This document shows, in pieces, positions 9,673-20,225 of a DNA stretch of 64,000 nt. The notes under the pieces were generated by a model. That model did no database searches and had not been told where the DNA came from. It saw nothing but the letters and a program-made list of their open reading frames with translations. The position numbers and the translations under genes were made by a program. The stretch comes from a virus. Numbering within the stretch: the first letter of the stretch is position 1; each line of letters starts with the position of its first letter. The DNA is taken from positions 14,284 through 78,283 of IMG/VR virus record IMGVR_UViG_3300035041_000007; one strand, given 5' to 3'.

Positions 9673-12600
9673 TTAACGTACCTCTTGTCTTACTGCTTTA
9701 TGAGTTTCATGGTCAGTTCTATGCCACTCTACATGGTAGTCTTTCATTTCTCTGGTCCCTAAGTATACTTTAACTTCCATATTAGAGCCACCTCCATTGT
9801 TAGCCGATAAAGCTTCGGCGATAGCATCTGCAATCATCTTAGTAGAGTCTGAGTTAGAGTAAATTCTGCTAGAACCAGTGTACTCTAGCTCCGGTCCTTG
9901 TTCCCCTACCAATCTCCAGCCGCCCGTATGGTAACCACCTGTGGCGTACCCAGGCAAATTAATCCCAAGGGAGTTCTTATAATTCTCATAAATATCAGAA
10001 CCAAACATGCTTTCTAAGTAGCTTTGCGTAGATGCCCTACGTAAGTCGCCACCTTCAAGGCTGTTGACAATTGCGCTAACTAGGGTGTTACCTTCTAGGT
10101 CAGAGTAAGCCCATTTTAATATTTGGTCTGAGGAAGGAGACTCCCCCAATATATCTGTTAGTACATTTTCTACATAGAAGTATCTGCTACCATCCACAGA
10201 GTCGGAAAACATGGATGCAGTTTCTTTTGCCTCTTTCAAAATTCCCATTGTGCTATCAAAAGCATCTCTATAGTTACCTCCATATGCAGCCATATAGTCT
10301 AAGTAATTTTCTGAGAATCTTGTGAAGCTATCTACCGCATCTGTGAGTTCCTGTGGAGTTCTAGCATTAGCTATGGCGTCCTGCAATTCTGAATAGGTGC
10401 TTTCATAATACTCCATTGACTGGACAGGAGATTTATCAGAACCTAATAATTTGTTTATTAAGTCATCAATTGACTTAGTTGAATTATCTCTAGCTTCCGC
10501 TAATTGATCTTCGGCGTTAGCTAAAGTTTCAGTTCTGTCAATATAATCTTCAATATTATATATCTGCATTTGAAGCTGTTTACCAACTTCAGTAAGTTGT
10601 CCAAGAGCTTCTTTGCGTTCCATTGCAGTAGCTTGTTCTTCTTTACCTAGTAGATTAAGAATCTCAATTTGTTGGTCTTGGTAGCCTTGTAAATCCTCAA
10701 GAGCCCACACCTGTTCTTGTACGGCACGTACCGATGGTGCGAGTGCTTCTAACTCTCGCTTTCGCTCTTCTGCTATAGCATTAACTCCATCTCCTGAAAG
10801 ATAAAGTATCTCTAACTCTAGGTCTCTGCGTTTTTCTAATTCTTGGAGAGCCCACACCTGTTCCTGTTGTGCAACTAGAGCAGGGTTTAATTCTCTAAGA
10901 GTTTCTAATTCTTTTTCTCGCTCTAATACTAGAGAAGCGTACTCTCCTTGTAAAATACGAACGGACTCGGCTTCAAACTCAAATTGCTTGTCAGATACTT
11001 TTTCCAGATAAGCATAGTATTCATCAAGCTTTTCTGTAGAAGTTAATAAACTAGTAAAAGTATCCCTACCTTTTTCTGTAGTTAAATCAAAAGTTCCCAT
11101 TAAATCTACAAAAGCATCTCTAGTTTTAGGTAGGGTAAGATTATACCCTTCAAATATTTTTTCTAGTTGAAAAGAAGACCTAGCAAAACGATGCGCTTCA
11201 CTTGTAAACGACTCAGAGAATGTTTCGGCAGCTTCCTGGAAATCTTTTAGACCTCCAGCTTGATCCGCTAAGTCCATTGATACTTCGACTTCTTGTGCTA
11301 AGTCTTTAAAACCGTAGTCTAAATAATCAAGAAACTCTTGTATTACTACATTTGTTGATGCTACTCTGAACCCTGTCTCTGCAAGCCCTTCCTCTAACTG
11401 TTGATAATCTTTCAACCAGTCACCTAGTATATCTTCAATTAACATATCCCCCATAGTAGAATATGCTTGCTGCAAATGTTTCTCAAGGTCTTCGGGGGAA
11501 ACCCAAGTGGAAGAATGTCCATTATCTGTTGCTCCTGAGATAATTTCTACTCCAATACCTTTCATAGTAAGAGCGTTAATCTCATCCGCACTTTTACCAA
11601 ACATCATTGCCAGATCAGTAGTAGAAGATGCCACTTCTGTGTACATATTTTCCCACAGTCTCTGAATATTAGCAGTTTGTTCAGAATAAGCTTCTCCTGC
11701 CCCTTCTATAAGGTCAAATTCATAATCTCTAATACTACTAGACTTTGTCTGCCTAGCTGTAGTCTCTAAATTAAGTGGGATTGGTTTTCCTGCTAATACA
11801 TCCTGTAAAGTAATATCCTCACTAGTTACATGAGCTCCGTAAGTGTACCACCCACTTCCCATACCAGCTTCAGAATAATATTCACTAAGAGTGCTACCTC
11901 TTTGTGATTCCCCCCACTCAGGTATATCTCTAACTAAACTGAGATTAAGGCCCTTGACTCCAGAGTTAAGATTATCAATACCGTCAGATATAGCTCTTAA
12001 CTGGTAATATTCTTTTGCATGAATTTCTTTAAGTAATTCATCAGTTTTTGCATATGATTCTGAAAAATCATCAGAACCTAATACTGTGCTTTGTACAGAC
12101 TTGCCACCCACGGAAAATCCCGCAGACATTGATCCAGTACTTGCTGAAACCTCACCAGAATCACCAAATTCAGTTGAGGAAATCTGGGCAATTTGTGCAG
12201 CACCAGTAGCTGCAGCGGCAGCAGCCATAACTAAACTCTGGGGGAAAGGCACTGTGGCAAGAGCATTCATTATTGCCCCCGCAGTATTAACTACAGTAGA
12301 GGCCAATTGCATTTTCTTTGTTAACTCAAACCCTTCCCTAGAAGTTTGATCTTGTGCTTCAGCCATGGAAGAAAGCATGCCCCCTACAGCAGAAACTGTC
12401 TGTCCATACATAGCTATCTTTGATTTAGCTGCATCTTTTTCTATTTGGGTTTCTTTCTCTTTTAAAGAAGCTAATAGACGAGTTTGTTCTTTACTTCCAT
12501 CTATAGTATTTTTTAGAACTTCTGCACGTTTCTCTTTTATAGCATCAAGGGCTTCTATCTCAGCTTCATGAGCCTTAGGAATTTGTTGTAATGCTTCAAC

Positions 12601-15600
12601 AATATTTAGAACCCCCTTAGCAGTATCAGAGTGATCCCCCAACCCTTCTAAGGCAGAAGATAAATCTGGTATATCAAAATCAAACTCTAAATCGCCAATT
12701 GACTCAGTTAATTCTTCAATAACACTTTTATATTCATTAATTTTATCCTGAATACCACTATCAATAGCTTTTAGAGCTAATTCTTGTTCTGCATCTATCG
12801 CCGCTAGTGCGGAAGATTTACCTTCCTGGAGCAGACTTTCGTATTTAGCAGCGAAATTTTCTGGCATTTCTTTATCTGCTAATGCGAAGCGTTGTTTTAA
12901 TATTTCAAACTCCATTTCTGCTAGAGTATATTCAGATTCAATAGTATTACGTCGAATCTGCGCTTCTTTTTCAGCAGCATCAATCTTATCTTGTTTCAAC
13001 TTTTTAGATATTTCAAGCTCTTCTTTAGCTGTTACTTCCCCATCTGCACCTGCAGTCATACGCAACTGCTCTTCTTTTAAGGAAAGTTCAGCTGCTAAAC
13101 GATCTTGTGTATTTTTCACAATATCACTAGAAAGTTTTTTCAGAATCTGGGTTCTCGATATTCTCGCTTCAAGAGAGGCAATATCTCTTTCGGCAGCAGA
13201 AGATAGTCTAGTCGCTAAATCAGCTATTTCTCTATCTATCTCAAGAATTTTGTCTTTAGCACCTGCTTGATCTTCAATTTGTTCTTTATACTTTTCTAAG
13301 GCTGTTATTTGTGCCTGTACACTTCTATCAAGTGCCTTATAATAATCATCTACTAATGAAGGGTCGAGATCAAGGAGTCCTTCTAAGTCCTTGGCTTCAT
13401 CCTTGAACTTTTTAGCATTTCTTTCTGCATTAGCAATATCAGTAGAAGCTTGTTCCCACTTAGAAATATAGCTCTCCAATCCTTGTAAATCAGGAGTAGT
13501 TCCCAATACTTCTATTATATCTGCTGGGAGTTCCTCCCAAACAGCCTTTAATCTATCACTATCTGAAGAAGCATTATTAAGAGCACTGGAAATTTGTACT
13601 AATGAACCAAGAACATTCTCAAAAGGTTTTTCATCTGCTTCTAGAAGTTTAGTAAATTCTATATTAAACTTTCTGGAAGTTTCAGATAACCCCTCTAATT
13701 CTACTATAGCTTGCTTTGTTGACCCAGCCATATCGTCAATGGCTTTTTTAACCTCTTGCACAATTTCAGGGTCATTAGCGAACTCTCTAAGTACATCTTG
13801 ATATTGTTTATAAAGACGCAATTCTTCTTGCATTGCTTCGGAAATAGTTTTATTAGACTCAATATTTATAATCGCATTCTCTAGGAGATTATCTGCTATG
13901 CTTGCAGCAGTATTTCTAGAAGCTTCTCCCAGATCGTTCATTTTTTCCTCTATGTTTTGGAGGGCAAAGTAATATTCAGTAGCTTTATTTCTACCAAACA
14001 TTTTGTTATTTGCATCCATTACCCTTTGGGCAGCTTCCCCTCCAGCCTGTAATTTTGCTACTTCTTCAGAAGTTAAATCACTCTCTAATTCTCTTAAATC
14101 TTCCCTAAGAGATTTTATAACTTCCATTTCTTTCTTTTTTTCTAAATCTAATACCTTTTCTATACCATCTGCAATTTGTCCATAAACACCTGCTTGAGCT
14201 TTAAGAGATGCAGTATAGAGCTCTGCATTTCTTTTAGATTCTGTCATAGAAGAACTCATTAGTTCTATATTAGCAATGGTATCATCTAAAGTATCGTTGA
14301 TTTCTGAAAAACTATCAAAGCTTTTTACAATTTCATCTACTTGCTTTTCTATATCTGATTTTCCAAAAAGCTTACTCCAAACAGCTTGTAGAGCACCAAA
14401 AGCGGTAATTGCTAAGCCAATGTAGGGCAAAAATCTTAATACTGCAGTTCCCAGTAACTTGAAGCTACTAGTTAAATTAAATACTGCAATTTTGGTTTTT
14501 GCTAATGCCTTACCAAAAGTTCCCTGAACTTTCATGTTTCTATGCATAGCTGTGGAATAGCCGTCCATAGCTAGACGTTGTAGATTTAATGCTTCTTTAA
14601 ATTCTCCCCTTGCTACAGCTGCTAAAGATGCAGATTGAGTATCTTTAACATTAGCTATATCATGAGCTATTATAGATTCGGTTAATTTTTTACGTGCTTC
14701 AGTAACTTGCTCAAGTTTTTCTGGATCAGTAGCATTAGTCATACCTGCTAATGATTTATTTAAACTAGTTATAGCCTTTCGTTGTTCTTCCAAAGTTATT
14801 GTGCCCGATTGGATAGAATCTGACAACTCCCTAAAGCCTTTTGGGAGGTTTGAGGTAATTTTTATTTGTTTTAACTGCTCTTTAGATAAATCACGAAAGT
14901 TTTCAGCCGATTTAGTGGCTGCATCTGCAGTCTCATATAAGGCAGGTAACATTTTAGATGCTACTGAAGTTCCGAAAATACCTATCACACCTATTAGAGC
15001 ACTAGTATTATTAGCAATTAAATCTAAAAATGGCCCTAGTCCTGTGTTGACTAACTCTAAAGAGCTTTTTGTAAGATCCCTAAATCTAGCAGCTAATTGA
15101 TTATAAGGATTTGGGTCAATTTTTTCAGCTATCTGCCCGAATTTATCAGTACCTTGGTCAATTATAGCATTAGTAAATGCCATTCTACGCTCAAAATTAG
15201 TAAGACTATCAGTTGTTTTGCCTAGATTTTCTGCGTATGCCCTAGTAACATCATCGAGGCGAACCATGATACCTAATTCGTCAAGGATTTCAGGCTCTAA
15301 TTTCGCAGCACCTCGTACAAGTCGAGACATTGCATCTTCCATATCACGACCCAACGCAAGTGAAGCACCTTTCGCCACGCGCGTTAACTCTTCCATTTGG
15401 GTTGTAGAGAAGCCTGCACTAGTGCCTAAAGCTACGGATTCCATAGCTGATTGGGTAGAAATAGCAGCTCCAGTAATTTCACGTAGCTGATCTGCAATAT
15501 ACGGAAGATTCTGGCCTGCGGCTGAGCCTACCGCAATCAAACCAGCCTCAAGTTGCTCAAGGCCAGCTGCCCTTTTTAAAGCACCAAAAGCCGCTGACAC

Positions 15601-15870
15601 GGCAAAGATGTTAGCGGCTAATGTTGCATAGGCGGGAACAAGCCCAGAGCCAATAGTCTGGGCTTGTTTTGCAAAAGATTTGGTTGTATTAGATGTGAGC
15701 TGAGCAGACCCTTTCTCTAGTTTGCTATATCTGTTTTTACTATTACTGGCTTGATCAGTAGCATGGCTAGAGTCTTTTACTACTTTACTTAATTTATTTG
15801 TATCTGATGTAACCTGCTTTAGGGTTCCTTTATCAGTTACTTCAAATTCTAATGTGATTTTATTTGCCAT
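9673..15870 (-). CDS. Tape measure protein (T5 pb2-like N-terminus)
   Basis: 2065 aa, helical, Ala/Leu/Glu-rich; LGRDMEDAMSRLVRGAAKLEPEILDELGI resembles T5 pb2; follows the chaperone genes. Confidence 0.92.
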   Translation of the reverse strand: MANKITLEFEVTDKGTLKQVTSDTNKLSKVVKDSSHATDQASNSKNRYSKLEKGSAQLTSNTTKSFAKQAQTIGSGLVPAYATLAANIFAVSAAFGALKRAAGLEQLEAGLIAVGSAAGQNLPYIADQLREITGAAISTQSAMESVALGTSAGFSTTQMEELTRVAKGASLALGRDMEDAMSRLVRGAAKLEPEILDELGIMVRLDDVTRAYAENLGKTTDSLTNFERRMAFTNAIIDQGTDKFGQIAEKIDPNPYNQLAARFRDLTKSSLELVNTGLGPFLDLIANNTSALIGVIGIFGTSVASKMLPALYETADAATKSAENFRDLSKEQLKQIKITSNLPKGFRELSDSIQSGTITLEEQRKAITSLNKSLAGMTNATDPEKLEQVTEARKKLTESIIAHDIANVKDTQSASLAAVARGEFKEALNLQRLAMDGYSTAMHRNMKVQGTFGKALAKTKIAVFNLTSSFKLLGTAVLRFLPYIGLAITAFGALQAVWSKLFGKSDIEKQVDEIVKSFDSFSEINDTLDDTIANIELMSSSMTESKRNAELYTASLKAQAGVYGQIADGIEKVLDLEKKKEMEVIKSLREDLRELESDLTSEEVAKLQAGGEAAQRVMDANNKMFGRNKATEYYFALQNIEEKMNDLGEASRNTAASIADNLLENAIINIESNKTISEAMQEELRLYKQYQDVLREFANDPEIVQEVKKAIDDMAGSTKQAIVELEGLSETSRKFNIEFTKLLEADEKPFENVLGSLVQISSALNNASSDSDRLKAVWEELPADIIEVLGTTPDLQGLESYISKWEQASTDIANAERNAKKFKDEAKDLEGLLDLDPSLVDDYYKALDRSVQAQITALEKYKEQIEDQAGAKDKILEIDREIADLATRLSSAAERDIASLEARISRTQILKKLSSDIVKNTQDRLAAELSLKEEQLRMTAGADGEVTAKEELEISKKLKQDKIDAAEKEAQIRRNTIESEYTLAEMEFEILKQRFALADKEMPENFAAKYESLLQEGKSSALAAIDAEQELALKAIDSGIQDKINEYKSVIEELTESIGDLEFDFDIPDLSSALEGLGDHSDTAKGVLNIVEALQQIPKAHEAEIEALDAIKEKRAEVLKNTIDGSKEQTRLLASLKEKETQIEKDAAKSKIAMYGQTVSAVGGMLSSMAEAQDQTSREGFELTKKMQLASTVVNTAGAIMNALATVPFPQSLVMAAAAAATGAAQIAQISSTEFGDSGEVSASTGSMSAGFSVGGKSVQSTVLGSDDFSESYAKTDELLKEIHAKEYYQLRAISDGIDNLNSGVKGLNLSLVRDIPEWGESQRGSTLSEYYSEAGMGSGWYTYGAHVTSEDITLQDVLAGKPIPLNLETTARQTKSSSIRDYEFDLIEGAGEAYSEQTANIQRLWENMYTEVASSTTDLAMMFGKSADEINALTMKGIGVEIISGATDNGHSSTWVSPEDLEKHLQQAYSTMGDMLIEDILGDWLKDYQQLEEGLAETGFRVASTNVVIQEFLDYLDYGFKDLAQEVEVSMDLADQAGGLKDFQEAAETFSESFTSEAHRFARSSFQLEKIFEGYNLTLPKTRDAFVDLMGTFDLTTEKGRDTFTSLLTSTEKLDEYYAYLEKVSDKQFEFEAESVRILQGEYASLVLEREKELETLRELNPALVAQQEQVWALQELEKRRDLELEILYLSGDGVNAIAEERKRELEALAPSVRAVQEQVWALEDLQGYQDQQIEILNLLGKEEQATAMERKEALGQLTEVGKQLQMQIYNIEDYIDRTETLANAEDQLAEARDNSTKSIDDLINKLLGSDKSPVQSMEYYESTYSELQDAIANARTPQELTDAVDSFTRFSENYLDYMAAYGGNYRDAFDSTMGILKEAKETASMFSDSVDGSRYFYVENVLTDILGESPSSDQILKWAYSDLEGNTLVSAIVNSLEGGDLRRASTQSYLESMFGSDIYENYKNSLGINLPGYATGGYHTGGWRLVGEQGPELEYTGSSRIYSNSDSTKMIADAIAEALSANNGGGSNMEVKVYLGTREMKDYHVEWHRTDHETHKAVRQEVR

Positions 15871-16255
15871 GAGACTTCCTCTTCATCTTTTCATGCGCTT
15901 TCTTCAACTCATCTGAAGATTTCTTTATTTGTCTACGATCCATCCATAGTAATATTTCTAACAAAAGTTCTTTATTTTCCACTTTATGAACTTCTATTAA
16001 AATATCTAAATTGGTATAGTCTTTACCAAGATAACCTATATCCGGGTAAACTCGATCACCTAGTGAGTTGAAGATTACTATGGCATCTTGAAAAATTGGA
16101 GGAAAATCCCCCAATTGAAGAGGGATTTTCTCTGGGTCTGGTTCTTGCCCTAACTCATCACAAATCTTGTAATACTTTTCTACATCTATCTTAGAGTCTG
16201 ACTGAGTAAAGAACTTTTCAATATACTTAAAAAGTTCCTCTCTTTGTTCAGTCAC
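15860..16255 (-). CDS. Tail assembly chaperone, second ORF (probable frameshift extension)
   Basis: Overlaps the upstream chaperone in the +1 frame, GTG start lacks an RBS, lies before tape measure. Confidence 0.7.
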   Translation of the reverse strand: MTEQREELFKYIEKFFTQSDSKIDVEKYYKICDELGQEPDPEKIPLQLGDFPPIFQDAIVIFNSLGDRVYPDIGYLGKDYTNLDILIEVHKVENKELLLEILLWMDRRQIKKSSDELKKAHEKMKRKSHGK

Positions 16256-16649
16256 GAAAATTGGAGATATCGAAAACTACCTCATTAAGCCACTGATCGA
16301 ATTCGCTTGAACTATTTACTAAGATTTCGGCGTTTTCGGCAGTGTAAGGAAGCTCCTCTTCCATATCCTTTCCTTCTGTATCAATAAGGATAAGATTCTG
16401 TAGATTATCTAGAGTTAGGCCTTTCCAATTACGTACAGTAGCTTTTGTAAATTCTTTAACAAACTTTTCATCATCAAGTTTGTCTTCAGCCGTATGAGTT
16501 TTGCGATTAAATTTCTGGTAAGTACATTTCTTACGGAGATTAATCAATTCCTTACGAGAAAGGTTAGCAACCTCTACCTCAAAGCCCGGAAGCCCAGGAA
16601 AGTTAACCCATGCGGTTTTCCAGTCTAATACAAGATTCTTCAGTTCCAT
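16248..16649 (-). CDS. Tail assembly chaperone
   Basis: 133 aa between major tail protein and tape measure; WKGL motif. Confidence 0.8.
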   Translation of the reverse strand: MELKNLVLDWKTAWVNFPGLPGFEVEVANLSRKELINLRKKCTYQKFNRKTHTAEDKLDDEKFVKEFTKATVRNWKGLTLDNLQNLILIDTEGKDMEEELPYTAENAEILVNSSSEFDQWLNEVVFDISNFRD

Positions 16650-16724
16650 GTTTTGTTACTCCTTTTTTTCATTTAAGATAATTTTTGCTATCTAAGTACC
16701 TATTACTCAGAAGCTATTATAAAT

Positions 16725-16753
16725 AGTATATCGAGAGACGGGGTATGAGTCAA
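16725..16753 (-). promoter_or_regulatory. Sigma70-like promoter for chaperone/tape measure operon
   Basis: TTGACT-17 nt-TATACT. Confidence 0.65.
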
Positions 16754-16774
16754 GATAAATTTTTCTGTTGGGTA

Positions 16775-16811
16775 ATAAAAAACCTCCTAACCGTAGCTAG
16801 GAGGTTTTATT
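16775..16811. terminator. Rho-independent terminator after major tail protein
   Basis: Stem AACCTCCTA/TAGGAGGTT with A/T tracts on both sides. Confidence 0.75.
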
Positions 16812-16830
16812 AATTATTACTTAGATACTA

Positions 16831-17976
16831 TTAATAGGTATCACCGGTGTAAACTATAGTAGCTTCGTCAGTCTGAGAAATATCAGAAGGAAGCGCATGG
16901 AAGTTTGTTTCTACAGCAATGACATCATCAATGCTGTGAGAAGGAACTTCCAGGTGGCACTGAGGGAAGTTAAACTCGATACGTGGAACGTTAGAGCCCC
17001 CCACTGAGAACTTAAGGGCAAAAGAGTTGGTAATTGTTTGTGTTGCCCCAATGATATCTTCGAAAAGATCCCCAGTGCTTCCAACTTCAGCATTAAGATA
17101 AGCTGTAAAAGACCCGCTAATTGAGCGAGTACCAGTGACAGCGCCAATGCTGTGGTTCACAGTACATAGTACTTCTGGAGTCAAGAAGGTTATGTTATTC
17201 TCAAAGTTAATACTTCCACCCGTAAGTACAACATTATAAACCCCATCGTTTGACTCACCAGGGAAAGTAGTGGTGTCTGCTGCTGTAACAGTTAGTGAAG
17301 TAAGACGGTTACGAATAAAGTTAGAAGTAGCCTGAGTAGCCTCTGTGATTGTAGGAGTAGGCTCAGTTGCTACTTCTTCAATAATAGTACCTTGTCCTGA
17401 CCATTCGATAGTAGCGATACCATCAATATCAAAACTAATAGACACAGATCCGACTACACAATTAGATACTTTGTAGTTAGTTTTAGTAAGGGCATTACTA
17501 CAAGCCCCAAGACAGAAATAGAGATCAAAAGTTCCCAACTCTGATTTATTAGATCCTGTGAAATCAATAGTCATTCCAGTTGGTGTAGAAGTTACACCCT
17601 CTGCCCAACTAGAGTCAGAAACTCCAGTAGTTCCAGGAGTGAAACTATTAAGCGCTACAAAGTTAGCCCAAAGAGCCTCTTCTACAGCGTGGTGCATTGC
17701 TGTGTCAGGTTCCCACCCGTCAGTTGCTCCAACTTGTGATACAAATGGGCGTACATAAGTAGTAAAACTCCACTCTGCAGGAGCATAACTATCAGTGAAC
17801 ATCTGGCGTCCCCGTCGGCTAGTGCCGTCAGATGCCGCCATTTCGTTGAGGGTTACCTCAGATGTATTAGTTGATTGTGAGAAACTGTACCCATTAAGAA
17901 TGGGAATTCCCCAAATGTTAGCATCCTGTTCTAGGTATACTTTAGTATCTCTGCTAAAATAAAGTTGATCTGCCAT
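16831..17976 (-). CDS. Major tail tube protein (T5 pb6-like, no Ig domain)
   Basis: 381 aa; RDTKVYLE, GYSFSQSTN, PAEWSFTTYVRP; position in module. Confidence 0.85.
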   Translation of the reverse strand: MADQLYFSRDTKVYLEQDANIWGIPILNGYSFSQSTNTSEVTLNEMAASDGTSRRGRQMFTDSYAPAEWSFTTYVRPFVSQVGATDGWEPDTAMHHAVEEALWANFVALNSFTPGTTGVSDSSWAEGVTSTPTGMTIDFTGSNKSELGTFDLYFCLGACSNALTKTNYKVSNCVVGSVSISFDIDGIATIEWSGQGTIIEEVATEPTPTITEATQATSNFIRNRLTSLTVTAADTTTFPGESNDGVYNVVLTGGSINFENNITFLTPEVLCTVNHSIGAVTGTRSISGSFTAYLNAEVGSTGDLFEDIIGATQTITNSFALKFSVGGSNVPRIEFNFPQCHLEVPSHSIDDVIAVETNFHALPSDISQTDEATIVYTGDTY

Positions 17977-18010
17977 TTTTCTTTTTCCTCTCTAATTACT
18001 GATTATTTAA

Positions 18011-18466
18011 TCAGTACCTAATCTCGCAGACTACTTCCCCAACCCCTAAAGGTTCGAGAACTCCTTCATCTGTTTCAATCGAGATTATTGATATTTGCTG
18101 TGTTGTTTGAGAGAGTCCTTGTCTATCTTTATAGACTAACCGACTTTTCTCTTCTAACACAGTCTCTACATCCTCTATTAGCCCTTCAAGAGCTAGTATT
18201 GCGTCTGTCTCATTAACATAACATCTAACAGTTACAGTAAGAAATCTATCCTTATATCCACCACCTTGGTATTGTCTGGTTTCAGGCCCAGCATTTAAAT
18301 GAATTGCAGGAAATACCTCTATTTCATCCCAAAATTTAAGCCTAGGCTCTACTCTACCCTCTACATCTGTATTAAAGTTTCCAGAACCGTCCAAAGCTTT
18401 GAGCTCCTCAGCCAAAGCTGTAACGATAGCCATTCGTCTACTTGTATAAACTCTTGTATCTGCCAT
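18011..18466 (-). CDS. Tail terminator protein
   Basis: 151 aa upstream of the major tail gene, T5 p142 position; IETDEGVLEPLG. Confidence 0.7.
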   Translation of the reverse strand: MADTRVYTSRRMAIVTALAEELKALDGSGNFNTDVEGRVEPRLKFWDEIEVFPAIHLNAGPETRQYQGGGYKDRFLTVTVRCYVNETDAILALEGLIEDVETVLEEKSRLVYKDRQGLSQTTQQISIISIETDEGVLEPLGVGEVVCEIRY

Positions 18467-19596
18467 TATAACCTCTTAGTATAGAATCTACCTTCTATTA
18501 GTTCAGAAGCTAGCTCTCTAATTGATGTGCCTATAATTTTTCGAGGGTCTCTCTGAGGAGTAGCTAATCTTGGGCTACCTCCTGGATATTCAAATAAAGA
18601 ATAGGGGTCTCGTTGGTATGTATAATGTATAGATGGGAACCCTTTAGGAGTTTGTTGTATATCTAATACATGAGCTGAGTGAGCAAATCTACCAGTTCTA
18701 TAATTTAGGGCCGGACTGCCCATATTACGCTTTATTTGATCGTGTAATTTCATATTTATCTGCGGTATTAATGCCTTTAGATTAATAGGAGATTCTTTTA
18801 CAGTAATATTTGCTCTAGCTCCTCTAGAGTCTCTAGTTTTAGTTTTTGTGCTTAATCTGCTAGAACTAGAGGAACTTTTAGGCTTTTTAGGAGCAAAGTT
18901 AGCTTTACTAAACTTTTTAACTTTAGACCAGATTTGGTACAGAATATTATTCTTAACCTTATCTAAAGGACTAGGGCTGGCCGATTCAGTAACAAATCTA
19001 CTAGAAACTTTAGAGTTCTTAGCTTTATTAACAAACTCTTTCTGAAATCTATTAAGTAACAAGTCTCTTTTCCTAGGACTTAGATGTGAGCTACTAGAGG
19101 TACCCTCAATTCGAATATTCTTTAAATAGCTACTTGAACTAATCTTTTCAGTACTATACCAGGCCCAGCTAATCTCTTCCAGAGTATTATAAACTCTATT
19201 TTTATATGCATCATTTGCAGTATTTTTATTATATGAAAAGGGAACTTGCTCTTCTGTACCAGTAGTATCTTCAGCTCTAATAGGTCTTCCTAGTATAGAT
19301 TCCGTTACGGCTCGCCTTAACTTATTATCTTCAGAAGCTAGAATAGTAACTGTAATACTACCAGATTTAATACTAATATTATCTTCGCTAAAGTCAGTAC
19401 TAATTCTAGTTATAATAGCTGCCCATACTTTATTTACATCTATGAATTTACTATAATTACTCAAATTTTTCTTATAAATAGTAACAACATTATCACCTAG
19501 TTTATCAAGTTCTGAACGTGATCTATCATAGATAGACTTAGTTCTAGTCTCTTCAACTATTTTTGCAACAATATTATTAACTACTTGTTTACTCAT
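18466..19596 (-). CDS. Tail completion/neck protein
   Basis: C-terminus LNYRTGRFAHS...YTYQRDPY...RDPRKII resembles T5 p143. Confidence 0.7.
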   Translation of the reverse strand: MSKQVVNNIVAKIVEETRTKSIYDRSRSELDKLGDNVVTIYKKNLSNYSKFIDVNKVWAAIITRISTDFSEDNISIKSGSITVTILASEDNKLRRAVTESILGRPIRAEDTTGTEEQVPFSYNKNTANDAYKNRVYNTLEEISWAWYSTEKISSSSYLKNIRIEGTSSSSHLSPRKRDLLLNRFQKEFVNKAKNSKVSSRFVTESASPSPLDKVKNNILYQIWSKVKKFSKANFAPKKPKSSSSSSRLSTKTKTRDSRGARANITVKESPINLKALIPQINMKLHDQIKRNMGSPALNYRTGRFAHSAHVLDIQQTPKGFPSIHYTYQRDPYSLFEYPGGSPRLATPQRDPRKIIGTSIRELASELIEGRFYTKRL

Positions 19597-20168
19597 GTTA
19601 TCTGCCTATATAAATCAAGAACTCTCTTAATATGATCAGGGAACCCTACATTTCCATCCAAGGTACTAGAGCTTTGGTTTCGGATAGAACCACCCCTTAA
19701 TGTACGCTGTAGTTTATATTCATCCTTTATATAATAAGATATTAAATCTACTATAGCTAACTGCAGGTCTACAGGCACTTCTGAATATCCAGCTTTATAA
19801 GTTACTTTTACTGAATTTAGCCCAGTAGGCCAATAACCTAGCTGTCGTATAACACTATCAGTTCTGGTATCGAGCTCGAATTGAGTAGGGTCTACTAAAC
19901 TATACGCGTAGTCAGCTCTACTACGCTCATAAATTTCTACAACTTCCAGTACTGGAATTTCTCCTAGCTGGATGACCTGCTGTGCATCATAATACACGGA
20001 AAAAGTCTCTGTATAAGGAGTATCAACATAGTCAACAAAGGAATTACCACAGTAGGTTTTGACAAGCTGACTTATGGATGGAATTAGCTGGTCTAAGCGC
20101 TCGTCTTCCTTCGTTCCAGTAATGGCTTTTGCTTGCTTATAGATATCTTTAGTTATTAAATCAGTCAT
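19593..20168 (-). CDS. Head completion / head-tail connector
   Basis: 191 aa after MCP; KTYCG, VKVTYKAGY, T5 p144 position. Confidence 0.8.
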   Translation of the reverse strand: MTDLITKDIYKQAKAITGTKEDERLDQLIPSISQLVKTYCGNSFVDYVDTPYTETFSVYYDAQQVIQLGEIPVLEVVEIYERSRADYAYSLVDPTQFELDTRTDSVIRQLGYWPTGLNSVKVTYKAGYSEVPVDLQLAIVDLISYYIKDEYKLQRTLRGGSIRNQSSSTLDGNVGFPDHIKRVLDLYRQIT

Positions 20169-20180
20169 AAGTCAACTTGT

Positions 20181-20215
20181 AAAAACCTAGGAACCCTCCG
20201 AAGAAGGTTCCTAGG
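20181..20215 (-). terminator. Terminator after capsid gene
   Basis: 10-bp stem CCTAGGAACC/GGTTCCTAGG followed by a T tract on the minus strand. Confidence 0.75.
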
Positions 20216-20225
20216 CTCCCTTTAT

